From Chiloscyllium plagiosum (lineage: Eukaryota), in assembly GCF_004010195.1 (NCBI RefSeq), contig NC_057749.1:18392488-18456487 (forward strand): a DNA stretch of 64,000 nucleotides, read 5' to 3'. Position numbers and translations under genes: made by a program. Shown here piece after piece: positions 12,848 through 26,275 of this stretch. The notes under the pieces were generated by a model, which made no database searches, was not told where the DNA came from, and saw only the letters and a list, made by a program, of their open reading frames with translations. Within the stretch, counting starts at the first letter, position 1. The number at the start of each line of letters is the position of its first letter.

Positions 12848-13020
12848 TATAGAATCAGTGATGTACAGCATGGAACAGACCCTTCGGTCTGACTCGTCTA
12901 TGCTGACCAGATATCCCAACCTAATCTACTCCCATTTGCCAGCATTAAATACTGTAATTGCACCAGACACCTCCACTTGCTCTGGCAGCTCATTCCTTAC
13001 ACGCCCCACCCTCTGTGTGA
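12848..13020 (-). mobile_element. CR1/HER1 3' tail fragment with internal deletion
   Basis: gatgtacagcatggaacagacccttcgg... is the reverse complement of the tail at 14420-14500. Confidence 0.75.
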
Positions 13021-13507
13021 CCTGGGAATTGTGCAGAGGAGATTTGTGACAATGGCTGAGGAGAGATTTAACTGAGGTGTACAAAATTGAGGATCCTGAA
13101 TAGGGTGGATAGAAAACACCAATTCAACAACCACGTCTCGATTCGGGAATCCCTGGTTAAAGACTATTCAGTTAAAGTTGTTGTTTTCAGGAATGATACC
13201 ACAACTTTAAGTGAGGCCTAATGCCTAAGATCTGGAACTCTGCTTTAAACTGTGGTAGAGATTGAAACCCTCATCATAGATACATAGTCCTGAGATCTGC
13301 CGTTGCAGTGCTTTGGAGCAAAAAGTGGAATGCGGGATTGGGATGGACAGATTTTGTTCACCCAGTCCAAACCTGATGGGTCAAATAGCCACTTTCTAGC
13401 CTGTACATTTCTTCGATTCCTTCTTGAACCTCCCAGTCTCTTCCTTTATGTTGCTTCTTAAATTGTATTGCTTTGATTGAGCTTTTGGTGACCTGTCCTA
13501 CATAATT

Positions 13508-14505
13508 GAGTTGGATGTGAATATAGGAGGTATGGTTAGTAGGTTTGCAAATAAGTGAGGTGTAGTGGACATCGAGGAAGGTTACCTCAGAGTACAATGT
13601 GATCTTGAACAGATGGGCCAATGGGCTGAGGAGTGGCAGATGGAGTTTAATTTAGATAAATGCGAGGTGCTGCATTTTCGAAAAGCAAATCAGGGTAGGA
13701 TTAATACCCTTAATTGTAAGGTCCTGGGGAGTGTTGCTAAACAAAGAGACCTTGGAGTGCAGATTCACAGTTTCTTGAAAGTGGAGTCATTGGTAGACAG
13801 GATAGTGAAGAAGGCTTGGCACGTTTCTCTGTAGCCGTTTCCCTGAGGTTACATTTGGAAAAATGGCATGCTGGTGTGGTGCTCACAGGTGGGCAATTCT
13901 TTGTTGGTCAGAGCATTGAGTATAGGGGTTGGGAGGTCACGTTGCAGCTGTACAGAATATTGGTCAGGCCACTTTTGGAATGCTGCATTCAATTCTGGTC
14001 TCCCTGCTCTATGAAGGATGTTATGAAACTTGAAAGGGTCCAGAAAAGGTTTACAGGGATGTTACCAGGGTCAGAGGGTTTGAGATATAGAGGCTGAACA
14101 GAGTGGGGCTCTTTTCCCAGCAGTTTCGGAGGCTGAGGGGTGACCTTCTAGAGTGTATAAAATCATGAGGGGCATGGATAGGGTGAATAGTCAGGGTATT
14201 TACCCCAGGGTAGGGGAATCCAAAATGAGAGGTCATAAGTTTAAGGTGAGAGGGGAAAGATTTAAAAGTGATATAAGGGACAACATTTTCACGTGTGTGT
14301 ATGGAATGAGCTGCCAGAGGAAGCGGTGGGGGCTTGTACAATTGCAACATTTAAGAGGCATCTGGATGGGTATATGAATGGGAGGGGTTTGGAGGGATAT
14401 GGGCCAAGTGCTGGCAAATGGAACTAGGTTAATGTAGAATATCTGGTCGGCATGGACGAGTTGGGTTGAAGGATCTGTTTCTGTGCTGTACATCTCTATG
14501 ACTGT
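13508..14505 (+). mobile_element. 5'-truncated CR1/HER1 LINE (RT C-terminus and 3' UTR)
   Basis: WAEEWQMEFNLDKCEVLHF, LYRILVRPLLE and RGHKFKV; tail ctgtacatctctatgact; collinear with 37160-38115. Confidence 0.93.
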
Positions 14506-14803
14506 CTCCAGTGTGATTCAGTGCTATGTCCTGACGATGCGCCTATGGATCATTTTATTGCAAGTTGTTTTATCAGGATTTCCTATTCTGAGTGAATTTT
14601 GCAGTAAGGCTCTTTGACCACTGTTTATCAGGCTACCTATGGCTTGTATTTTGCTATGTTCAAGGTGTCATATCAAAGAAAGCAGTCGATCATTGCACAT
14701 GACTGTTGCATGCACCTGAGATGTCTCTTCATAATTTCCGCGAATTGCATCTATATGTTTGACATGCTTGTTGGGATAGTGTCCACATCTATCCATTGTG
14801 TTT

Positions 14804-15303
14804 NNNNNNNNNNNNNNNNNNNNNNNNNNNNNNNNNNNNNNNNNNNNNNNNNNNNNNNNNNNNNNNNNNNNNNNNNNNNNNNNNNNNNNNNNNNNNNNNN
14901 NNNNNNNNNNNNNNNNNNNNNNNNNNNNNNNNNNNNNNNNNNNNNNNNNNNNNNNNNNNNNNNNNNNNNNNNNNNNNNNNNNNNNNNNNNNNNNNNNNNN
15001 NNNNNNNNNNNNNNNNNNNNNNNNNNNNNNNNNNNNNNNNNNNNNNNNNNNNNNNNNNNNNNNNNNNNNNNNNNNNNNNNNNNNNNNNNNNNNNNNNNNN
15101 NNNNNNNNNNNNNNNNNNNNNNNNNNNNNNNNNNNNNNNNNNNNNNNNNNNNNNNNNNNNNNNNNNNNNNNNNNNNNNNNNNNNNNNNNNNNNNNNNNNN
15201 NNNNNNNNNNNNNNNNNNNNNNNNNNNNNNNNNNNNNNNNNNNNNNNNNNNNNNNNNNNNNNNNNNNNNNNNNNNNNNNNNNNNNNNNNNNNNNNNNNNN
15301 NNN
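14804..15303. other. Assembly gap (N run)
   Basis: Run of n. Confidence 1.
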
Positions 15304-15445
15304 CCCAAGGAAACCTAAACATATAAAAGAAAGCAGGCTACACCATTAGTCGCTTCATCCGGAGGCTCACTGATGTTACCTAGAATGATGACAAAACGTC
15401 TGAAAATGAACTTTCTAGCTCAGTGAGCAAACTTACATCCAGTAC
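15304..15445 (+). mobile_element. Terminal fragment of a second Penelope-like lineage with degenerate hammerhead
   Basis: ctgatg-ttacctagaatgatgac-aaaacgtc at 15370-15400 resembles CUGAUGA/stem II/GAAAC-GUC, with flanks unlike the main family. Confidence 0.5.
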
Positions 15446-16054
15446 CTGGAGAAAAATATATGTTTGGGTATGATATTGTGGAAGGGAATATTTAAGAAAA
15501 TGGGACATGCCAGATGACTCAAAATATCCAGCCCATTAACTTGCTGTGTCCCTAAATTGGGATTGTGATGCCAGTGGTGGTCACAGGTTGGGGTCTGATC
15601 TTTGCTTTTACCAGTGATGGAAGTTTTCTGAGAGCTTGCATCATCTTTGTTTGTTTAAATCTTCTCACAGCTAGGATACAGAAGTAAATTGGGGTGGAGA
15701 CGAGCTTCAGTTATATAAACCAGAATTTTGACGTCTGGTTTACATTTGAGAAATTTCCAGACAGACCACTTAGATAGAAATCCACATGTTTTGTCCAAAA
15801 CCAATATACGCACGTTCATACCGCAAATGAATCGCTCAGTATTTTGACAGTTAATGCACCTAGGGGTTTCTAATATACGGCTGCATTCCAAGCCTTCAAA
15901 AGGCATTCCGAGTTAAAATCAAGTATTTGAGAACCTTCTAACTGTGTAAATAGGAAAAAAGGTTAAGTAGTGTTAGTCACGAGTTGGGCGAGTGGGTGAG
16001 AAATAATGTTTAACCTAAGTTCTGTGGTATTCCTCTGATATTTGTCCAGTATCC

Positions 16055-17350
16055 ACTACAGGCAGACTTGCAGGAACTGGAGAAGGCCACTCAATTCCTT
16101 AAGGCTGCTCCACCATTTTGTTAGATCATGGCTGATCTTAACCCAACCACATTCCTCTGCCTTAACTATGCATCCCTTAATCCCTTTACCGAGCAAAAGG
16201 TTATCCATCTCAATCTTGAAAGCTCCAATTGCCCCTAGAGGAAGCAGCGAAACCTCATAGCGAATTACAGGCAAATGAATTTTAGTGTGAGATGACTTGT
16301 TTTGATAGAGCAAGGAAAGGTATGGTTTTTAATAGAGTGCAGGAACATTGTCTGCATAGCATTGACAGTGGTGGGATAGTTTTGGAAAGACACGAATAAA
16401 CCATACAGTATCCTGGGGTTTCCAGATTGAGGTTCAGAATACAAAAGAAAGCAAGTTGTGACAAACATGTATGAAACTGGTTTGGCCACAAGTAGACCAT
16501 TCTTTAGGAAGGATACAAAGGTCTTTGAAAGAGTACCGATAAGATTCAGAAAAATGGCTCCAGGATGATGACCTTTAGTTATATGGATAGATTGGAGAAG
16601 CTGGGCTTTTCCTTTGGTGAAGAGATGATGTAGAAGAGATTTGATAGGATTTGAATAGATTGTGTTTAAAATTATCAGTCTTGACAAAGCACAGAGAGAG
16701 AAAGTAAATGCATTAAATTTAATTTGCCGCTTGTCTGCCTGTTCTACCAACCTGTGACATATTGAAGTTCTCCTGTATTCGCCTCAGAGTGTACAATACT
16801 TCCAAAGTTTGTGTCGTTGACAAATTTTTAAACTGTGCCCTGTTCATCCAAGTCATTAAGATTTGACCAGGAAAAGCAAGGATCCTAACACTATATCCCT
16901 GGGGAATGCGGCCATAAACTGCCTCCTAGTCTCCAAAGCATCTGGTCACCATCACTCTCTGATTCACGTCACGTAACTGATTTGGATCCATTCAGTTGCT
17001 GTCACCTTTGTTCCATGGGATACATTTTTACCAATGGATCTGTTGATTCATTTTATCAATGGTCTTTAAGAGGTTCATATACATTACAGCAACTGCATTA
17101 CTCTAATCAGCGCACCCTGTTGTGTCTTCAGAATACCCAAACACAAGTTGCCCATGACAAATCTGTGCTGACTCTTCCCCCAATAACTTGCAGTTGTCCA
17201 CGTGACAATAAATTTTGTTCAAGATTATAGTTTCTAATATCTTTCCGAACACTGCAGTGAACGTATTGGCCTGCAGTTTATCTTTACACCTTTTCCTAGA
17301 CAGGATTTGGCTCTTACAATTTTGCAATCTTCTGGCTCCACCCATGTATC
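16055..17350. mobile_element. Cluster of old CR1 fragments in both orientations
   Basis: Minus 3' UTR at 16055-16250; plus RT-tail-like segment at 16350-16700; minus RT segment at 16720-17350 (aatctgtgctgactc, acaagttgcccatgac). Confidence 0.6.
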
Positions 17351-18029
17351 CAAGGAGGACAGGAACTTTGAAAATGGGGCATTGGCCCATCGGGCTCACT
17401 CCGCCATTCAACATGATTGTTGCTAAGCCTCCATCTCAATGCCATATTCCAGTTCTTTTCTCGTATCCTTTGATATCTTTAGCTTCTAGAAATGTGTCTG
17501 TTTCCTTCTTATTCTGTGCCTTCACCTCCACAGCCTTCTGTGGTAGAGAATTCCGTAAGTTCACCACCATCTGAGTGAAGAAATGTCTCCTCATCTCAGT
17601 CCACATGGCTTAGTGTGTATGCTGAGGCCATAACCCCTTGTTCTGGAACCCACGGCTGGGGGAAACATGATCCCATGCATCCAGTCTGTCCAGCCCTGTC
17701 AAAAATTATGTATTTCAAAGAGATTCCTTCTTATTCTTTGAAACTCTCAATAATGTAAGCCTAGTTGACCCCATCTCTCCTTGTAAGAGAAACCTGCCAT
17801 CTCAGAACTCAGTCTGGTGAATCATTGCTGTACTCCCTCTATGGCACTTCTATGTTTTCGGCAGTTAGGAGATTAAAACTACACATGACCCTTCAGGTGT
17901 GGTTTCACCAAGGCTCAGTAAAGCTGCAGCAAGACTTCCTAGCTCTTATACTGAAACCCTCCTGCAAGGAAGGCGAACATACCATTTGACTCCCTAACTG
18001 CTTACTTTCTATGAGCAGTTTCCATGTCC

Positions 18030-18723
18030 GTGACTACCTGGTCAGGTCCACGACCCCCAACAACCCACCCTCCATCCTGGCACCTTTCCCTGCAGGAATT
18101 GCAAAACCTACGCCCACACCTCCTCCCTCACCTCCATCCAAGGCCCTAAAGGAGCCTTCCACATCCATCAAAGTTTTACCTGCACATCCACCAATATCAT
18201 TTATTGTATTCGTTGCTCCCGATGCGGTCTCCTCTACATTGGGGAGACTGGAAGCCTCCTAGCAGAGTGCTTTAGGGAACATCTCTGGGACATCCGCACC
18301 AATCAAGCACACCGCCCTGTGGCCCAACATTTCAACTCCCCCTCCCACTCTGCCGAGGATATGGAGGTCCTGGGCCTCCTCCGCCGTTCCCTCACCACCC
18401 GACGCCATGGAGGTCCTGGGCCTCATCTTCTGCCTTGGAACACTTCAACCCCAGGGCATCAATGTGGACTTCAACAGTTTCCTCATTTCCCCTCCCCCCA
18501 TCTCACCCCAGTTCCAAACTTCCAGCTCAGCACCATCCCCATGACTTGTCCTACCTGCCTATCTTTCTTTCCACCTATCCACTCCACCCTCCCCTCTGAC
18601 CTATCACCTTTTGCCCGAAACGTCGATTTTCCTGCTCCTCGGATGCTGCCTGAACTGCTGTGCTTTTCCAGCACCACTCTAATCCAGAATCTGGTTTCCA
18701 GCATCTGCAGTCATTGTTTTTAC
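18030..18723 (+). mobile_element. Penelope-like element 3' fragment (GIY-YIG endonuclease region and terminus)
   Basis: Frame reading FTCTSTNIIYCIRCSRCGLLYIGETG...FREHL and VAQHFNSPSH; flanking direct repeat ccatgtcc at 18022-18029 and 18724-18731. Confidence 0.9.
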
Positions 18724-19373
18724 CCATGTCCCTTTGTACATCAACCTTTTCCCGTGTATCACCATTTAAATAATAATCTGCCACTCTGTCCTTCCTACCA
18801 AAGCTTCACATTAATTGACTTTATACTGTGTTTGCCCACTCCCTCAACTTGATTAAATCACCCTGCAATATCTTTATGTCCTTCTTGCCACTCTCACTCC
18901 CATTAACATTTGTGTCTTCAGCAAACGTGGAAATATTACACTTGATTTCCCCCATCCAAAGCTTTCATAAATATTGTGAAGAGCTGAGGCCTTAGCGCTG
19001 ATTGCTGTGGTAACCCACCTTCCACTCCAAATAAAAAACACATTTTTTCCGATCTATTTCCTTTCTCAGTCCATGCCAGAATATTCGCACCAATCCCATG
19101 TGCTTCGATTTTACACAAAAACCTCTTGCGTTGAACTTTACCAAAAACTATCTGAAAATACAAATACACTTCATCCACTGGTTCTCTCTGATCTATTTTA
19201 CTCAGTACATCCTCAGAAAACTTGTCAGTTTACCAAACACACTTACCCTTCTGACAATCCATATTGATTTTGTGTCTCACTGTTGGTATTTTCTTAATGT
19301 CCTATTACGGCATCCTTTATGATAGACTCCAGATTTTTCCTTGCTGCTGATGTTAGACTAGCCAGTTTATAGT

Positions 19374-19575
19374 CAAAAAGTGGGGCACTGGAAGAACCCA
19401 GCAGGTCAGGCAGCATCCGAGGAACAGGCGATTCGACGTTTTGGGCATTCCTGATGAAGGCCTTATGCCTAAAACGTCGAATCTCCTGTATCTGGGATGC
19501 TGCCTGACCTGGGTTTTTCCAGTGCCACTCTTTTTGACTCTGATCTCCATCATCTGCAGTCTTCACTTTCTCTTT
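19374..19575 (+). mobile_element. Palindromic mini-Penelope element with central hammerhead relic
   Basis: Inverted arms around ctgatgaaggccttatgcctaaaacgtc (19451-19478); imperfect flanking repeat gccagtttatagt / gccagtccacagt. Confidence 0.85.
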
Positions 19576-20879
19576 GCCAGTCCACAGTACTGGTTTGCTT
19601 CCTTGTTTAAATAGCGACATTACTTTTGCCACCCTCCTGTCCACCAAGACCATTGTAGAATCTTGGGACATGACAACGGTGCACTCACTATTTCCATGAC
19701 CATCTTCTTTTGTTGGATGTAGATGTGGGTCCCAGGGAGTTTTTCCAGTCCCAATTTCTCTGGAATTTTTTTTTTGCTAATGCTAATTTCCTCCAGTTCC
19801 TCCTTCCAATAGACTCTAGTTTTCTAACAATTCTGGGGATTCCTCTTTAGATCTGGTACTGTCATTAATGTATTTTGTTAACCAAGGATGGGCCACTTGT
19901 ACTGTTGTAGCCCTTTGCCTGAAAGCAGTGTTCTTTAAACAGTAACTCTCCCTCGTGTCATGCCTTATCATGAAGTTACACAAAGGTTTTCCTTTGTTTA
20001 GGTAGTATTCAATTGGACCACTTCACTTTCTGTTCCAGTGATGAATTCTATCATGTTATGATTACTTTTCCCCAAAGGGCCTCTCTCAACGCGATTATTA
20101 ATTAACACCTTCTCATTGCACACAACCAAATCGAGGAGCGCCTGCTCATAAGATACTGCCTCCAACCCATTTTGTACACGTCAGGAATTCATCTGCCACA
20201 TGTTATTCCTAATGTGGTTTGCTCAGTCTGTATGTAGCTTATCAGCACCTTTGGGTGCTGTAGTAGTGTCCTTGTTACATGTATCTTGGGTTCCTACATA
20301 ATGCTACCCCTTGCCTTTTCTCTCCTGTTTGGACACATATAGTCAAATCCTAATGTTCTTTGCCCATTGTTGCTTCTTTGCTCTGATTGTATATCTAGAT
20401 TTCCGGTGCCACTACTATTTCTCACTGCTGTGCTGACTTAACACCCAACCACCCAACTTTCTTTTCCGCTTTGCCTATCCATCCCAAAGATTGAATAACC
20501 TTGAATGTTCAGTTCCCAGCTGTCTCTGTAATCATTATCATATTGTATCCATTTGCAACTGTTTGCATTGTTAATTCATCTATCTTATTGTGAATGCTTT
20601 TTGTATTCAGAAATAGTACATTTGCACCTGTGTATAATGGTCAAATCGACATGCCTTGCACTCTAGCCCTATTTGTTGCTGAGCTTTGTTTCTTCCGCTT
20701 TTTATCTTTGCTTTCTATTTCACTGTCTTTCATTTCCTTTTTTGTTTCTTCCACTTGGTTTCTCACCTCCCTGCTGCACTAGTTTAAACCCTCCATCGTT
20801 ATGCTAGTGAACACCTCCGTGAGAGTAACAGCCCTGGCCCTGCAACCAGCCCATCTTTTACCAGTCCCATCTTCCCTGG

Positions 20880-21010
20880 AATAAAACAACTGCAGATGCT
20901 GGAGATCTGAAATAACCAATAACAGAAATGGCTGAAGAAACTCTAGTCTGGCAGCATCTGTGGAGAGAAAGCAGAGTTAACTTTTTGAGTCCAGTGACCC
21001 GTCTTCAGAG
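20880..21010 (-). mobile_element. Short Penelope-type terminal element, older subfamily, with hammerhead relic
   Basis: actgcagatgctggagatctgaaa end; minus strand ctgaagac-gggtc-act-ggactc-aaaaagtt; relatives at 10480-10570 (+), 32320-32415 (+) and 47105-47205 (-). Confidence 0.6.
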
Positions 21011-21170
21011 CCTCCCCAGAGTCAGAGGAATGTCTGAATCCCTCTTTCCTATACAAAGCCTCCAGTTGGATGTTCATTTGGTTTGTTCTCCTATTTGTGG
21101 TTAGCAAATAGCACTAGGAGTAATCCTGTGAAGACTACTTTTGAGTTCCTGCCTTTTATTTCCTGTGTCC

Positions 21171-21800
21171 TGTTATGGACTAGGCCAGACCACTCAGAAC
21201 ATTCTTAAGCAGGCAGCCCCAGACTATAGCTTTGCAATTTGTTTCGGTAAGTGTACAGTGAAAATTACCCAGAGTAAGTTAGCTAGGTTGACTACTAGAC
21301 AAAAGTTTATTCACAAAACTACACATTAAAACACAAAGAACAGAATAAAGAACCCCTGTAGAACTCAGTGTATCCAAATTAGACAGTTATGCTGTTCTGA
21401 ATATACAGAACAGTCCCATTAAGCAAACTCCCTTTAAAACCCAGTATAAATGGAACACATGTTTACAGGTTGAAGTTGAAGGGCAGAAAGAGAGTTTCCA
21501 CACAGCTCACTGTTGAACTCCTCACCAGTTCAGACTCAACTAAATTGGTCAGCTCAGCTAGAGAGCTGACCACTCCCCTATCTTTATACCGGTCACTTCT
21601 AAAACATGGCCACTTTGGCCTGAAGTCTCATCTGTTTACATATAAGCAAAAAGCCTCTCAAAATCCTTTTACATCTCTGTACCAAACCAGACTAATCGGA
21701 GCCCGGCCTGGTTTATTACCTCTCTGAAAAAAAATCAAGGACAGAGTCTCCTTGAGCCAAGACAGCTTTTAGGAAAAAAAAAGGGAGTAGCTTTGTGACA
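21171..21800. mobile_element. Solo LTR (630 bp)
   Basis: Starts TGTTA and ends TGACA; flanks gtcc / ctcc give a 3-of-4 TSD match; it splits a continuous CR1-like stretch; no coding motifs. Confidence 0.7.
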
Positions 21801-22494
21801 CTCCCTATATTCTGCTTGCTGACCTCATCCCTCTTAAGTTGTTAATACCAAAGTGGACTACACCTTCTGGCTATCGCTTTCTCCCTTTTGTTTGCCCTGT
21901 GACATTCTTAACCATGACAACGTGTTATACTGATGTCACAGACACTGCTGCGGAAATGCTTGACTGTTTCTCTTATGATAGAATCTTCTATCACTATTGT
22001 TCTGGCACTTTAAAAAAAAATAACCTCCATTTTTACTTTAATGAATGTACATTTGAAATTCGCACCTAGTGAGTATTCAATAAGGTCACCTGCCCCACTA
22101 GATGAGCTTCTGTTTTCCATGCAGTGTCACTCTTCAATATTTTTGAAACTCACCCCCCCCCGTACATCTTTGTCTACCCTCTTTGATAATCTCACCACTC
22201 CAGTCTAGCCTCTTGCACATTTCTGATTTCACTTGCTCAGTCATAGGCGATCTTGTCTCAGCTGCCAAGGACTAACCTTGGAAATTTCCTACCTAACCCC
22301 CTCCCAAAAAAAAAACACACTACCACCACTTATCTCCTCCTTTTCTGAAAACCTACCACTTCTTTCTCAAACTCCATTTCTAAGTATATCATGGAACATT
22401 GGTAAGGCCAATGTTTGTCACCCATTCCTAATTGCCCTTGAACAGAGGGGCTTGCTTAGCCATTTCAGAGAGCAGTTAAGTGGGTCTGGATTCA

Positions 22495-22815
22495 GATGTA
22501 GGCTAGAACAGGAGGCTGGAAGAACACAGCAAGCCAGGCAGCATCAGGAGGTGGAGAAGTTGACATTTCGGGTATAACCCTTCTTCAGGACTGGGGGTGG
22601 GGTGGAGTGGGTTGGGGGGTGAAATGGGGTAAAATGGTGAGATAGTGATGGGTGAACACAGGTGTTGGGTACAACCTGATTGGTCAATGGATGGAACGAA
22701 TCTGGTTGGTAGCTTGAAGGAAAGGTCAGTAGGAGGAATGGAAGGGAGGGGGAGGGGCTGGAAAGGGAGCTGGGTGATGTGTGGGAAGATTATTTGAAAT
22801 TGGAGAATTCAATGT
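22495..22815 (-). mobile_element. Penelope-like terminal fragment with hammerhead motif
   Basis: Collinear with 60930-61235; minus-strand core ctgaagaa-gggt-tat-accc-gaaatgtc at 22562-22588. Confidence 0.8.
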
Positions 22816-25419
22816 ATTATCCAATCTACAGCATATTTTCCCATAAACTTTATGCAGGAGGTTAAGTTTCAGTTTTACAGTTGCCCCGAAGCTGACTTAG
22901 CTTTAAGCAGGGGATTGGAAACTAAGGGGATTGGAAACTAACTGAATTGTAACACCAGCATCTGTGTCTTGAAATAAACCAGCATGTTTTGGGGGAAAGT
23001 GCCCTTTCATTAGTGCCAGCTATGACCAGGGAAAGTTAAAATGTTGCCATATTTGTCCCAGATGTTTGCAACATTAAACAATCACTACATTGTTTCTTGT
23101 ATTGACTTCCTCAAAGTTTCCAAAAAAAAACTTTGGATCTCTTTCAAGGGGACCTATAAGTGAAATGGCTGTCAGGTTTATACAGGCACCTGCTATCTTC
23201 AAGATGTACTGAAATGGCTGAGCATTCTTTGACAGTGCTGATGCTGTAGAATGGCCAGTATTCTTGTATTCACAATTAGTTGTTAAGTACAAATGCTTTA
23301 ATGGATTTGAAGCATTGTTAGCTGCTTGGGCTTTTTCCAGTACAATATTGAGTTTACTTTGAACAGTATACTCGATCAGTAGCTCAGATTCACAGTCATT
23401 GTGGTGCAGGAGCAGGAAATTTTACTCGTTTAATTCCTGCTGGCTCTGTGGAACCATCCAGATGGTTGATCTTATTATATTCCCAGAAACCCAAATATTT
23501 CCTTCTCTCAAGTATGTATCCAATTTCCCTTTTTAAGCCATCCAGTGCTCAAGTCTTTAAATCTGTGCTCTGTGTTTTTGTCTTATCAGCTAATGGAGGT
23601 TTATATTTATCAACCTGCCATAATCCTGTACACTCTTACCAAGGAGAGCAACTCCAGATTCACCAGCCTCAACCTGTAGCCAAAATGCTGATCCCATAAC
23701 CCATTCTAGTAAATCTGAGCAGCTCTGCTGAGAGTGGCCATACAATTAGTCTCCAGGTTCCAGGGAAGTATGTGAGGTATTATACACAATTAGACTTTAA
23801 ACTGGCTACTTAATTCCAAGATTGAATGGAAGTCTAAAGGCTAGACAGTTAGCACTTCTGCTTGCATACAAAGCCATGTGATTTATGTTATTGTGGAGCC
23901 TTGGACTTATGAGTGTGGAAGAATCAGCAGGAAACATTTTTGGATTGGTTGTAGGCTTTCCTTGTGTATCACTGAACCCCTCCAACTAAAGTTAGCAAGA
24001 ATTTTAACAGAGTGCAGAGAGAGAGAGGTGCAGCAAACTTCTTTGCAGAATGTGGGCGAGAGCTTTAATGGTCACATTAAAGAATGCTGTAATTAAAAGC
24101 TCTAATGAAATAAATCAAGTTTGTGAGAGTTTAACCAAGACTGGAAGATTCACCTAGCATTAGCCAGGTAGAGGAAACTCTGGGATAACCATCACTATAA
24201 AAGTCAGTTTGGTGCTGGGAGTCATCTGCCTGAAATACGACAGTGCAAGCTCTTGAAAGTTGAGAACCACTTTGGACAATGCAGTGTAGACTTAATGGAC
24301 AGAATAAGGTGTGGCTGTGGAGGCAACTTTTGGTTATTTTGAGTTTGAATCAAAAACAACTTGTGCCACGTATTGGGATGAATCTGTGTTCTCATTTTGT
24401 ATTGATGTTGATGGAGTAACCCTCTTTCCAAACTGTTTCTGTTGGTCCATTGTTCAAGCAGCTTGTACTGCTTTCTTCGGTTGTATTTTCAAACTCAGTT
24501 TCTGATGGAGACTTACTGGTTGAACTCTGACATCTTGTCCAAAGGATTGGGGGGTCAGCAATGTGTTTTGGCTGTGGACTGACATCCTGTCTGATTTGAT
24601 AGACAAGAGGATCATAGATTATGTGTGATGGGCTAGAAGGCAGAGTTGAGCCCACAATTGGGTCAGCTTTGATATTACCGAATGTCAGAGCAAACCTGAA
24701 GCATTGATTGGCCTTCCCTCACCAGTAAGTCCTATAATGATTTCTTGATGCATGCATGCACTTTACTGGTTAACATTGGACTGTGGTCAGAGATGGTTAC
24801 TTCCCAGGAAATATCATAGCTAAGATCTGCAGGCATTTTGTAACAAAACAAAATAACATTGAAAACAGACCTGGCCTGTCTTGCTGGGTAATTAGACCAG
24901 CAGTTACCATGCCACATTTTTCTGAAGAATTCCTTAGATTGTGCTGTTAAAGAACCTGAACAGGGAGCACTCTTTCAGCATAGCAACCCTCCCAGGATTA
25001 TGCAAACATGGAACTCGCCTGTTTGTATTTTAAAAGACTTGCATTGTGCTCGAAATAGTGTAAGGGGAATGTGTATTTTACTGAATGACTGACTGTGAAA
25101 GCTCAGTATTAGCACCACACACTTGAGAAGCTCTGATTGCTTTTCAAATATTTTCTGATTTGGAGGTGCTGGTGTTGGACTGGGGTGTACAAAGTTAAAA
25201 ATCACATGACACCAGGTTGTTTCCAAATATAGTTGGACTATAAACTGGTATTGTGTGATTTTTAACCAAATATTTTCTGATGGTCATTCAATGGAATGCT
25301 TTCTCTTAAACAGTGAGCGCAGCTGAATGTTTGAAATAATTGTGTTCCCCACATCATAAAGATATTACCCTGATACTTTAATTGGTTAAGATAGTGAGCC
25401 TTTCTAAGTGGAAAGACTT

Positions 25420-26275
25420 GCCTTTATTCGTCATTGCGTTGAGTATAGGAGTTGGGAGCTTATGTTGTGCCTGTACAGGACCTTCGTTAGGCCACTTTTG
25501 GAATATTGCGATTAATTCTGGTCTCCCTATTGGAAAGATGTTAAACTTGAAAGGTTGAAGAAAAGATTTCATCAAATCCCTACAGTGTGGAAACAGGCCA
25601 TTTGACCCTCCAAGTCCATACCAACTCTCTGAAGAGTATTCCACCCAGAGCCATTCCCCTACATTTACCCCTGATTAATGCACCTAACCTGCACACCCCT
25701 GAACACTCTGGGCAATTTAGCATGGCCAATTCACCTAACCTGCACGTCTTTGGACTGTGGGAGCAAACCCGTGCAGACATGGGGACATTGAGCAAACTCC
25801 ACACAGACAGTCACCTGAGGCTGGAATCGAACCCAGGTCCCTGGCATTGTGAGGCAGCAGTGCTAACCACTGAGCCACCATGCCACCTCTCAAGGATGGT
25901 GCCAGGGTTGGAGGGTTTGAGCTATAGGGAGATGCTGAATAGACTGGGGCTACTTTCCCTCGAATATTGGAGGCCGATGTTGTAAAATCGTGAGGGGCAT
26001 GGATAGGGTGAATAACCAAGGTCTTTTCTCTGGGCTGGGCAAGTCCAAAAGTAGAGGACATAGATTTAAAGTGAGCATGAGCTGTCAGCGGAAGAGGTGG
26101 AGGCTGGTACAATTACAACATTTAAAAGGCCTTTGGATGGGTGCAAGGATAGGAAGGGTTTAGAGGGAAATGGGCCAAATACTGGCAAATGGGACTAGAT
26201 TAATTTAAGATGTGTGGTCAGCATGAATGATTTGGGCTGAAGGATCTTTTTCCGGGTTGTACAGAACTGACTCTA
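25420..26275 (+). mobile_element. 5'-truncated CR1/HER1 3' fragment interrupted by a SINE
   Basis: Collinear with 37485-38110; broken at 25573-25888. Confidence 0.85.
25573..25888 (-). mobile_element. HE1-type V-SINE
   Basis: Reverse complement: ggtggcatggtggctcagtggttagcactgctgcctcaca...gggttcgattcc (A/B boxes), V core, tail. Confidence 0.92.

Larger units (their letters stand above)
17365..21900 (-). mobile_element. Old, long CR1 LINE (3' UTR through RT and endonuclease to ORF1-like region) with four nested insertions
   Basis: 3' UTR at the left end; minus ORFs MDEVYLYFQIVFGKVQRKRFLCKIEAHGIG and VAKVMSLFKQGS are decayed RT; split by insertions at 18030, 19374, 20880 and 21171. Confidence 0.7.
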
